Of a stretch of 47,056 nucleotides of DNA, positions 1-7,983 are shown piece by piece (positions within the stretch are counted from its first letter, which is position 1; the number at the start of each line of letters is the position of its first letter). Location: the NCBI GenBank assembly GCA_945870885.1, contig CAMBTR010000002.1, positions 1-47,056 on the forward strand. The letters are read 5' to 3'. The notes under the pieces are model-generated. The model was not told the DNA's origin. It worked only from the letters and a program-made list of their open reading frames with translations, and made no database searches. The DNA is from Chryseobacterium gleum (lineage in GTDB: Bacteria; Bacteroidota; Bacteroidia; NS11-12g; UBA955). A program made the position numbers and the translations under genes.

Positions 1-447
1 AAGGTGAGGGATTTTCCGGGGAATTACACGGAATACAGAACTTGGAAAGAGTGGGATGATGCGCAGGCGGCCGGAAAGGGTTCTGGCAATAAGAGTCAGG
101 CGGGCAAGGCGGCAGGTTCTTTGCAAGGAGCGGCGGATGCGGGGAAGAAATCGGGGACGTTACACGGTGCGAGTTCGGCGGTTGATGCTGGGTTGAAAGA
201 GGGCGCTGCAGGGAATGCCAAATCGGAGGAGAAGCGAAAACTCACCTTTAAGGAGAAGTTTGAATACGAGCAATTGGGGAAAGATATTGAGGCGTTGGAA
301 GCGAAGAAGAAACTGTTGGAAACGGAGTTAGGTGGCTTGAGTACTGAGTTTGAGCGAATTTCATCGGCGAGTGCGGAATTGCAACAGGTAAACGATGATT
401 TGGATGAAAAGGGGTTGAGATGGTTGGAATTGGGTGAATGGATTTAA
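1..447 (+). CDS. ABC-F family ATPase, C-terminal fragment (5' end lies outside the window)
   Basis: Open from base 1 in frame 1. FPGNYTEY junction, then a Gly/Ala/Lys-rich linker and a charged coiled-coil tail (KLTFKEKFEYEQL...LEAKKKLLE). Same layout as the tail of the complete ABC-F at 14155-16152. Confidence 0.7.
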   Translation, partial: KVRDFPGNYTEYRTWKEWDDAQAAGKGSGNKSQAGKAAGSLQGAADAGKKSGTLHGASSAVDAGLKEGAAGNAKSEEKRKLTFKEKFEYEQLGKDIEALEAKKKLLETELGGLSTEFERISSASAELQQVNDDLDEKGLRWLELGEWI

Positions 448-565
448 CTGCTGGAATTGGCGGATTTGATTGTTAATACAGGCGGAATGGAATTAGGATG
501 TGGTAAGAAACTCCTCGGATCTTTGATTTTGTATACTGACAGAAAATAGTAACCTTGCAGTTCGG

Positions 566-1540
566 ATGGAAGGCAGAAACCGGAATATTGACGGACTCAA
601 GGGTTTTTTGATTGTAATGGTGATCGTGGGTCACGTGCTGCAAGGCAAGGTCCTCGACAATTTTGGTCGTTATGTGATTTACAGTTTCCACATGCCCCTT
701 TTTGTGGGATTATCGGGCTATTTACTCAATATTGATTCGATTCGATCGCTGAGTATCGGTCAGTTTTTTGGGAAATATGGCTCCCGCGTTTTGTTGCCTT
801 GGACCATCGCGATGTTGGTTTACGCCATGTATTTAGGGGCTTTTGCATCGCATCCTACGCATTTGTGGAAGGGATGGATGAATTACCTCTTGAATCCTTA
901 TTATCATTTGTGGTTTGTGGTGGGCTACATTTTTTGGAGTTTTATTGCTTGGATATTGTTGCGTTTTGACTTTGACCGACAAGTGTTTTTGATTGTTGCA
1001 ATTTTGATGGGCTTGATTTTTTATTATCTCAAGAACAACTTAGAAGGTCAGCTGATTTTGGCTTTAGGCGGCGATCTGGCTGGATTTATTCGAAATATTT
1101 TGCGACCCCAACTGTTTTTCTTTTTTGGATTGGGTGTGTATTTGCGTGGTGAGAGGTCAGCAACACAATCGTGGGTTTTTGCATTGGGTGGAGGCACGGT
1201 AATGATTCTGTACTGGGTGTTGTTTTATTTTCATCGGGGTTTGGATTACAATACGGAGGATTTTTTGGTGGTGATGGCGAATGCTTTTTTGATGGTGCCG
1301 CTGTTTCGATGGATGAATCAGGAGAAATTACCCAAGGTGGCTGTGATGGAATGGGTTGGAAAAAATTCGATGGGAATTTATTTGTGGCACGTTTTGCCAT
1401 TGCTGTGGGTTAAAGATTGGGTGGGAACCAAATATCTGTCGCGGTTTTATGGATATATTTCGGTGGCGGAGTTGCTTTTTCTGGGCGCTGTGTATTTGTT
1501 ACTTCGATATGTGCGCGGGTCGCGTTGGGTTTTGGGGTGA
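566..1540 (+). CDS. Membrane acyltransferase (acyltransferase family 3-like)
   Basis: 324 aa, about 9-10 hydrophobic helices. N-terminal IDGLKGFLIVMVIVGHV with the conserved His typical of acyltransferase_3 proteins. Confidence 0.7.
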   Translation: MEGRNRNIDGLKGFLIVMVIVGHVLQGKVLDNFGRYVIYSFHMPLFVGLSGYLLNIDSIRSLSIGQFFGKYGSRVLLPWTIAMLVYAMYLGAFASHPTHLWKGWMNYLLNPYYHLWFVVGYIFWSFIAWILLRFDFDRQVFLIVAILMGLIFYYLKNNLEGQLILALGGDLAGFIRNILRPQLFFFFGLGVYLRGERSATQSWVFALGGGTVMILYWVLFYFHRGLDYNTEDFLVVMANAFLMVPLFRWMNQEKLPKVAVMEWVGKNSMGIYLWHVLPLLWVKDWVGTKYLSRFYGYISVAELLFLGAVYLLLRYVRGSRWVLG

Positions 1541-1559
1541 TAATTGCAAAAAATAGGAT

Positions 1560-1567
1560 TAATTTTG
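1560..1567 (+). promoter_or_regulatory. Candidate Bacteroidota -7 box TAATTTTG for fabD
   Basis: Exact TAnnTTTG match, 7 nt upstream of ATG 1575. Confidence 0.4.
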
Positions 1568-1574
1568 CCTCATT

Positions 1575-2459
1575 ATGAGCAAAGCAGCATTCGTATTTCC
1601 AGGACAGGGAAGTCAGTTCGTAGGCATGGGAAAAGACCTCTACGAGACCAATGATAAGGCCAAACAGATGTTTGAATTGGCCAATGAGATTTTGGGATTC
1701 AGGATTACTGATTTGATGTTTGAAGGAACGGATGAAGACTTACGTAGGACCAATGTTACCCAGCCGGCGATTTTTCTACACAGTGTGATTCGGGCAGCGG
1801 TGATGGGCGATGAGTTTAATCCATCCATGGTTGCCGGACATAGTTTGGGTGAGTTTAGTGCACTGGTAGCTGCGGGTGCAATGAAATTTGAGGACGGTTT
1901 GAAGCTGGTTGAACAGCGTGCTTTGGCGATGCAGGAAGCTTGTGAGATTGAGCGCGGAACCATGGCTGCGGTGTTGGCTTTGGATGATTCTAAAGTGGAA
2001 TCGGTTTGTGCTGAAACAGCGGGTGTAGTGGTTCCAGCGAATTATAATTGTCCGGGTCAGTTGGTCATTTCAGGCGCCTATGAGGCAGTTGAGGCCGCTT
2101 GTGAGGGAATGAAAGCGGCGGGTGCAAAACGTGCTTTGATATTGCCGGTGGGTGGTGCATTCCACAGTCCTTTGATGGAGCCAGCCAGAGAGAAATTGGC
2201 CAAGGCGATTGCGGCTACGGAATTGAATTCACCTATTTGTGCGATTTATCAGAATGTATCGGCTTCGGCGGTGATGGACAAAGATGTGATCAAGGAAAAC
2301 TTGGTGGCGCAATTAACGGCTCCGGTAAAGTGGACGCAGAGTGTGCAGGCAATGGTGGCAGACGGTGCAACGCATTTTACTGAAGTGGGACCTGGTAAGG
2401 TGTTGCAGGGATTGGTGAAGAAAATCGCACCAGAAGTAGAAGCGATTAGTATTTCCTAA
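1575..2459 (+). CDS. fabD: Malonyl-CoA:ACP transacylase
   Basis: 294 aa. FVFPGQGSQ N-terminus and GHSLGEFSAL active-site Ser motif, with a typical FabD C-terminal half. Confidence 0.95.
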   Translation: MSKAAFVFPGQGSQFVGMGKDLYETNDKAKQMFELANEILGFRITDLMFEGTDEDLRRTNVTQPAIFLHSVIRAAVMGDEFNPSMVAGHSLGEFSALVAAGAMKFEDGLKLVEQRALAMQEACEIERGTMAAVLALDDSKVESVCAETAGVVVPANYNCPGQLVISGAYEAVEAACEGMKAAGAKRALILPVGGAFHSPLMEPAREKLAKAIAATELNSPICAIYQNVSASAVMDKDVIKENLVAQLTAPVKWTQSVQAMVADGATHFTEVGPGKVLQGLVKKIAPEVEAISIS

Positions 2460-2465
2460 ACGGGA

Positions 2466-5400
2466 TTACCGTATCAAATTAGCGGAGCCCGCCACATGTT
2501 TTGGCGTTTTCATAAATGGGCTTTTTATGATGTCCAACTGATAAAAATAGGTGCCTGAAGGCAGTTCTGGTCCTGTATTATTGACCTTTCCATTCCAGCA
2601 ATTGCTCAGGTCCTTGGAGTAATAAACACGCTCGCCCCAGCGATTGAAAATTCGGATTTCAGCCTCCTCGCAATCAGGTGCGATGCCAAAAACGCGGAAG
2701 CAATCATTTTTGCCATCGCCGTTAGGTGTGAAAACATTGGCAATTTTTACTTCGTGGGTACTGTCTGTGTTGACCTGCACTGGAATTTTTAGTGTGTCTG
2801 TGCAGCCTGAGCTTCTATTTTTGATCACAAACTTGGCTTCGTATTGACCGGCAAAATATTGGTAGTTCCTTTTTAGGACGCCATTACCGTCGAAGTACTT
2901 TTTCAGGTCAACCCCACCCGTCCTTTCGATTTTTGAACCATCACCAAAATCCCAAATAATACTGTCGTAATTGTTGATGTCGAAAACGAAGTCGACCCCC
3001 GGTTTACATGGAGTGATTTTGGTGTTACAAGCGCCATTTGGGGCAATTGAAACCCTAATTTTTTTGTTAAAAGTGGCTCGGGCGTTACAAGAATTTGTAT
3101 CTACCACGGTGAGCGTTACGGTGTAATTCCCGGTGTCTTTATATAAGTGATTCGGGCTAAATTGATGGGAGGTATCGCCATCGCCGAAGTCCCAGAGGTA
3201 GCTGCCATCGTATTTGCGCAGGGGTTGAAAGGCGTTGGCTGATTTGAGGCAAACGGTTTCGGGGGTTACAGTAAATATCGCATCAATTGAATAACCAAGT
3301 CTAAAGTCCAACTTGAAACTAGCGTTGGAGCATCGAATGCTGATGTTATTTTTAAAGACGACATTGGCTGGTGAGGTTGGAAAATCGTTTAAACCCGGCG
3401 GGCTGTTGGGGCAACTGGCGCAAACGCTTTGGTAGATAATGCCGCGGTTATCAAAACGGGAGGTGCCGCCATCTACGTGATCCCTACTATTATTGCCCCC
3501 AAAATAGGATGCATATTTTAGGCTTTTGGCATCTTTTCCAAGTACGATGAGATAAAAATCGTGGTTGTCGGTGGTCTTTTGATGTGCATCGGCTGTGATT
3601 GGTAAACCGTTGGTTGTTCCATTATTTCCGATGCCAATGACCGAGCCCCAGCCACTGAAATAGATATTATAGCAATTATCGACCATGAAAGCAGACGGAC
3701 ATAGTTCAGGGATGCTGTTTGTGCGGTTGCCAAAGGTGGTGACAAATTCTTCCTTACTTAGGTCATTGCTTAAACGTCCTACAAATTGGGTGGTATTGTC
3801 TTTTCCATAGCAGCCGGCGGTTCGTTTGAATTTGCCTTCGGTTTGGCCGGTGAAATAGACTTTATTATTTATATCTAAGTCGATGAAATAAATTTGCTCA
3901 TAATCGATGCTACCCCAATAGCTACCTACCTGATAAGCGCCTGTGGTTTGGCTAAACCTGGCGATATATCCATCTATGTTTCCTAGTCCAGTTTGCATAA
4001 AGCCTTTTCCGGTCATTGGAAAATCAGAGCTTACGGTACCGCCGCCGATAAATACATGCGAAGAGTCGTCAACTTTTACTGAATAAGCGGCATCGTCGTC
4101 TAGGCCACCAATGAGTGTGGCCCATTTGATTCTAGAGAGTTGGCTATTTAAGCAAATGACGGCGGCATCCGTTTCTCCGGCGGGTTTTGTTTGAAGTGCA
4201 CCTATGGTACAGGGAAAATTTGTAGAACGCGTGCAGGTGGCGATAAAAACATTGCCTTTAGGATCGGTGGTAATGTCGCCGCGATAATTATCTGCGTAGT
4301 TGTAAAGTAAAAAAGTAAAGGGGTTTTCCGTTTGAAATCCATCGGCATCATTTCCTCCAATGAAGGTTCCCCCAAGCAATGTGGTTCCATCCACGCTGAG
4401 TTTATTTACAAAGATGTCGTAATCGGTTTGATGGATATCATTGAATGCAGAATCTGGATGAACGGGAAAATCTGCCGAAAGGGTTGTTCCAAAAACCAGC
4501 AAATTGTTATTGGGGTCAACGCAAAGACTATGGGGATATTCATCGTCGCTTCCACCCATATAAGTTGCATAAAGCAGTTTGGTACCATCTGCGCTGTACT
4601 TGCTAATTGAAATATCACAAGGCAATTGGACTGGGGGAGCACCGGAGCCGCTGCCGCCGTATGTGGTTTGAAATGCACCAGTGGTTACGGGGTACTTTCG
4701 CGTGTCGGCTTCAACGATACCTCCTGCATAGAGGCAACCAGCGGTGTCGTATGTTGCAGTAAAGCCAAAATTGTCGCCCTGTGAACCACTATAGGTACTA
4801 AAAACGAGAACTGGATCGATGATTAAGGTTTGTTGGGGGTCGTATTTGGCGACATTTAATCGAATTAAATTCTGGGAGTCAACGGAATAGGCAACGTTAA
4901 CGGGTTTTGACTTCTTTTGCAGCGGATTTTTCTGCGATGCGATGGGCTTTTGAATCATGAAGGCACCGACAGAATTTTGAATGTGAATTTGCTGTTGCAA
5001 TATTTTCCATTGATTGCTCTGATCCAATTTCAGCGCGATTAGATTTGGGTCGGCGCCGGGATGCAAGATCCAATCGAACTCTAAATTTTGGTTGTTGAAA
5101 TAGATGGCGACATCTATGCGGGGGTAGATATTTTCCAGAATAACTTTTGAAATCGGTTGAACGGCGGATTTCCAATTTTCTGGGTCTGGCCCTAAGAAGT
5201 AATTTTCGTAAAAGGGCGCGGGATCGAGGAATTGAATTTTCGATGGCGATTGTCCTCCTGCAAATATGATGTCGCTAATGTGATAACGAACGCTAAACTG
5301 GGTATCTTTTCCTCGGTAATGATGTGCTTGGTGTTTATTGCCAATGTCATCTGGGTGGTCCATCCGGATACGGATGCCATTTTGTGTAATAAAAACGGCT

Positions 5401-5570
5401 CCTCCCGGTATAACGGCCTGTGCGATACTCGGATTTTTAACGCCGAACTGCCCTAGATTGGGGGTGAAATACAGTTGTGGAAGTGTGTTTTGCTTGGGAG
5501 AATTGACACTGATTTTTGCCCCTAGAAGTAGTGGAAAAAATACGAGCGCAATCCAAAAAGCTTTTTTCAC
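2466..5570 (-). CDS. Large secreted T9SS cargo protein (beta-propeller repeats + 2 PKD-like modules + type-B T9SS C-terminal sorting domain)
   Basis: 1034 aa with signal peptide MKKAFWIALVFFPLLLGA. Repeated SBBP-like propeller segments (e.g. DDAAYSVKVDDSSHVFIGG). Two PKD-like modules (WDFGDGDTS...GNYTVTLTV and WDFGDGSK). The C-terminus FTPNGDGKNDCF...WNG...SGTYFY is the gliding-motility/type-B CTD. The only possible start is GTG 5570, because a TAA lies 5 codons upstream in frame. Confidence 0.85.
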   Translation of the reverse strand: MKKAFWIALVFFPLLLGAKISVNSPKQNTLPQLYFTPNLGQFGVKNPSIAQAVIPGGAVFITQNGIRIRMDHPDDIGNKHQAHHYRGKDTQFSVRYHISDIIFAGGQSPSKIQFLDPAPFYENYFLGPDPENWKSAVQPISKVILENIYPRIDVAIYFNNQNLEFDWILHPGADPNLIALKLDQSNQWKILQQQIHIQNSVGAFMIQKPIASQKNPLQKKSKPVNVAYSVDSQNLIRLNVAKYDPQQTLIIDPVLVFSTYSGSQGDNFGFTATYDTAGCLYAGGIVEADTRKYPVTTGAFQTTYGGSGSGAPPVQLPCDISISKYSADGTKLLYATYMGGSDDEYPHSLCVDPNNNLLVFGTTLSADFPVHPDSAFNDIHQTDYDIFVNKLSVDGTTLLGGTFIGGNDADGFQTENPFTFLLYNYADNYRGDITTDPKGNVFIATCTRSTNFPCTIGALQTKPAGETDAAVICLNSQLSRIKWATLIGGLDDDAAYSVKVDDSSHVFIGGGTVSSDFPMTGKGFMQTGLGNIDGYIARFSQTTGAYQVGSYWGSIDYEQIYFIDLDINNKVYFTGQTEGKFKRTAGCYGKDNTTQFVGRLSNDLSKEEFVTTFGNRTNSIPELCPSAFMVDNCYNIYFSGWGSVIGIGNNGTTNGLPITADAHQKTTDNHDFYLIVLGKDAKSLKYASYFGGNNSRDHVDGGTSRFDNRGIIYQSVCASCPNSPPGLNDFPTSPANVVFKNNISIRCSNASFKLDFRLGYSIDAIFTVTPETVCLKSANAFQPLRKYDGSYLWDFGDGDTSHQFSPNHLYKDTGNYTVTLTVVDTNSCNARATFNKKIRVSIAPNGACNTKITPCKPGVDFVFDINNYDSIIWDFGDGSKIERTGGVDLKKYFDGNGVLKRNYQYFAGQYEAKFVIKNRSSGCTDTLKIPVQVNTDSTHEVKIANVFTPNGDGKNDCFRVFGIAPDCEEAEIRIFNRWGERVYYSKDLSNCWNGKVNNTGPELPSGTYFYQLDIIKSPFMKTPKHVAGSANLIR

Positions 5571-5577
5571 AGTGTAA

Positions 5578-5585
5578 CAAAGTTA
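5578..5585 (-). promoter_or_regulatory. Candidate -7 box TAACTTTG for the T9SS cargo gene
   Basis: Exact TAnnTTTG on the minus strand, 7 nt upstream of GTG 5570, in the 56-nt gap after the FecR stop. Confidence 0.35.
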
Positions 5586-5626
5586 TTGAAAACAAAAGTT
5601 GTTTCCGCGTTGCACGGTGAGTGTAC

Positions 5627-6532
5627 TTATTTTACTTCAAATTGCAATCCTAGGGCAATTTCAATGGTTTTAACCACAGTACTAAATTCGTCGGTATTTT
5701 TAAATACACCAGTAAACTGTAAATCAGAGGTTTGGTTAGAAGCTTGAAGTTTTTTACTGTAGCGCGTTTCGATGGCATTAACCACATCGGCGATTGGGGC
5801 ATTGGTAAAAATCAAATTGCCTGACTCCCATTTCACGGCCTCCAAATTCACATTTGAATCAACAGCGAAGATTTGAGAACGTTTGTCTGCTGCATTTGCT
5901 TGATTCAGATTCTCGCGAACTCTCATTCCTTTTGTAAGAATTACTGATTCTAGCGTGGTGCTGTTTGATAGTTTCTCCACTTTTACCTTTCCGTGATTTA
6001 CGGTTACTTGGAGTGGTTTTCCAGAGTAAGACTGAACGTCGAATCCGGTGCCTAAAACGGTTACTTTATTGTTGTTTGACTCAATGACAAATGGGGCGTT
6101 TGGATTTTTTGCAACTTCAAAATGCGCCATTCCTTGTAGTTTGATTTCACGGGACTTTTCGGTCACTTTATATTCTACACTGGAATTGGCATTGAGTGTG
6201 ATCACACTACCATCTTTCATTGTGATTTGTTCAATTTGACCAGTATTTGTGGCAAACTGACCTGCATCCAATGTTTTGTTTAAAGTTGTAAGCCAAAAAG
6301 CCCAACTACCAACGGCAAGAATTGCAATGGCAGCAGCTACCCGCAACAAACGCGATGTGTTTTTGTAAACTTTAAATGGTGTTGTGACTTGTTTTTCGGC
6401 CTCACGAGCGGCAGAAAACTTATTCCAAGCTTCATCATTGCTAGCCTCGAACGTATATTTATAATTTTCTGAAACCTTTAGAATCTGATCAATTTCGGAT
6501 TCTGGACGGGATGTATTATTTGGGTTTGACAT
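5627..6532 (-). CDS. FecR-family anti-sigma protein, transmembrane + periplasmic sensor part (lacks the N-terminal sigma-binding segment)
   Basis: 301 aa with a single TM helix (LLRVAAAIAILAVGSWAFWL). A beta-rich FecR sensor region is followed by a C-terminal module (GNLIFTNAPIADVVNAIETRY) typical of Bacteroidota FecR proteins. Confidence 0.8.
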   Translation of the reverse strand: MSNPNNTSRPESEIDQILKVSENYKYTFEASNDEAWNKFSAAREAEKQVTTPFKVYKNTSRLLRVAAAIAILAVGSWAFWLTTLNKTLDAGQFATNTGQIEQITMKDGSVITLNANSSVEYKVTEKSREIKLQGMAHFEVAKNPNAPFVIESNNNKVTVLGTGFDVQSYSGKPLQVTVNHGKVKVEKLSNSTTLESVILTKGMRVRENLNQANAADKRSQIFAVDSNVNLEAVKWESGNLIFTNAPIADVVNAIETRYSKKLQASNQTSDLQFTGVFKNTDEFSTVVKTIEIALGLQFEVK

Positions 6533-6538
6533 GTTGAA

Positions 6539-6712
6539 TTAGTGATTAAGTTTTGGCATCATTGCTGATACCTGTTGTTTGATGATAGCCAAAGTGGGTT
6601 TGAATTGTGGGTTTTTCTTTAACCATTCTTCAAGTTTGCGCAATTCTTCGTCTTGCATTAAGCCTGCAGCATATTTAGTGAAGGTGTTGCTTTCCAGTTG
6701 TTCTTTTGTCAT
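6539..6712 (-). CDS. 57-aa ORF encoding the FecR N-terminal (sigma-binding) segment; in frame with 5627-6532 across one TAA
   Basis: Hand-translated; it falls below the ORF-track size cutoff. Sequence: MTKEQLESNTFTKYAAGLMQDEELRKLEEWLKKNPQFKPTLAIIKQQVSAMMPKLNH*. The Y..G.L...E....EWL..NP pattern is the usual FecR N-terminus. Stop TAA is at 6541-6539, followed by TTC AAC ATG (6532). Confidence 0.55.
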   Translation of the reverse strand: MTKEQLESNTFTKYAAGLMQDEELRKLEEWLKKNPQFKPTLAIIKQQVSAMMPKLNH

Positions 6713-6733
6713 GATATTTACCGGTTAGGGTAT

Positions 6734-6773
6734 GGGTATACCGAGCCAACAACACCCATTTCGTGGTATACCC
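6734..6773. promoter_or_regulatory. Inverted repeat GGGTATACC-N22-GGTATACCC (two copies of the palindrome GGTATACC), possible operator
   Basis: Perfect 9-bp arms at 6734-6742 and 6765-6773, preceded by a tandem GGGTAT GGGTAT. It lies 23-60 nt upstream of ATG 6712. Confidence 0.3.
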
Positions 6774-6851
6774 CCAAAAGAATTTGAAAAAAATCTAAAA
6801 ATAATTCACGAGGTAATTCAAATCGTTGAAATTCAACAAAATGAAGGAGTA

Positions 6852-7868
6852 TTATTTTTTCAACAAATGGATATTTTCGATGATTTCTACCACGGAACGT
6901 CCTTCTTGAGAGGTAGTAATACAAGGGGAATTGTGGTTGACATGGTTCACTACTTCATCAATTACAAAATGATGGTTTGCGGCACTTCCTTTATACTGTC
7001 CGTAATCGTTTGGCGGTGAAGACGGCGGTAAAGTTGGCATTTCGTAGTTTTTGATATCGCAATAGACGACATCATTCATGTATTGGCCACCAAGTTTGAC
7101 CGTGCCATTTTCGGCGATGATCGTTATCGAGCTTTCGAAATTTTGGTTGTAAAGGCTGGTGGAAAAGCTCAAACTTCCTTTTCCGCGCTCACCGAACGAG
7201 AACAAGACTTGACCGCTATCCTCGAATTCTGTTAAGGATTGGTGATTGAAATTGGAGAACTCGCTGTAGTTAATAGTAAGTGGCCCCAGCAGCCAATATA
7301 CCATGTCGATGAAATGTGAGAATTGGGTAAACAGCACACCGCCGTCTAAATCCTCAGTTCCATGCCAATGTCCTTTTTTATAATAGCGATGGTCGCGATT
7401 CCAATAGCAAATTACTTGTACTTGAAAAATCTCGCCGAGAACGTTATCGTTTATGATTGATTTTATCCATTGCGAGGGCGGTGAAAAGCGATTTTGCATC
7501 ACGCAGAAGATCCTTTTGTTTCGTTTTTGTGCCTCCTGAATCATGGCATCGCAGTCCTCTACGGATAGGGCCATCGGTTTTTCCACCACGACATCGCAGC
7601 CCATATTTAGGGCTTGGATTGCATGTTGACAGTGATAACCGTTGGGTGTGGCGATACATACCACTTGGATATTGCTGTGCCTCATGAGCATCTCTTCCAC
7701 ATTTTCGTAAAGGGGCACTTGAAAATCTTGCACCGATAAATCTTCGCGATTTCTGATATCGGCGATGGCAATGAGTTCTGCACCTGGATTGGCTTGAATC
7801 ATATGCGCATGTCGAGCACCAATATGCCCTACGCCAATGATACCAAATTTTATTGTTTCTTCTGCCAT
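6852..7868 (-). CDS. Gfo/Idh/MocA-family NAD(P)-dependent oxidoreductase (sugar-nucleotide dehydrogenase-like)
   Basis: Rossmann N-terminus KFGIIGVGHIGARH, then EKP and the C-terminal alpha/beta domain. Start set to ATG 7868 (MAEETIKFGIIG). The 55 extra upstream codons in the track ORF run into the divergent promoter region. Confidence 0.85.
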   Translation of the reverse strand: MAEETIKFGIIGVGHIGARHAHMIQANPGAELIAIADIRNREDLSVQDFQVPLYENVEEMLMRHSNIQVVCIATPNGYHCQHAIQALNMGCDVVVEKPMALSVEDCDAMIQEAQKRNKRIFCVMQNRFSPPSQWIKSIINDNVLGEIFQVQVICYWNRDHRYYKKGHWHGTEDLDGGVLFTQFSHFIDMVYWLLGPLTINYSEFSNFNHQSLTEFEDSGQVLFSFGERGKGSLSFSTSLYNQNFESSITIIAENGTVKLGGQYMNDVVYCDIKNYEMPTLPPSSPPNDYGQYKGSAANHHFVIDEVVNHVNHNSPCITTSQEGRSVVEIIENIHLLKK

Positions 7869-7983
7869 TTCCGAATTGTGGGAGGCAAAAATGCAGAACA
7901 TTTGCCATAAATACGCATTCATTTGTGAATCGGGGAGAAAAAGGTTTGGTAATATGGGTTGAACCGCCAAAATTTGCGGAAGT

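Noticed and set aside
6825-6837. 13-bp palindrome GTTGAAATTCAAC after the oxidoreductase stop as a terminator
   Set aside because: A 6-bp AT-rich stem with a 1-nt loop cannot form a stable hairpin, and there is no U-tract. It could be a protein-binding site, but there is no support.
7444-7908. Long alternative-frame and antisense ORFs inside confident genes (7444-7908, 16646-17149, 23219-23716, 26568-26966, 43096-43669, 15835-16275)
   Set aside because: Each lies wholly within a gene with strong family motifs. Their translations are low-complexity or Arg/Ser/His-rich with no recognisable motifs, as expected for shadow ORFs.
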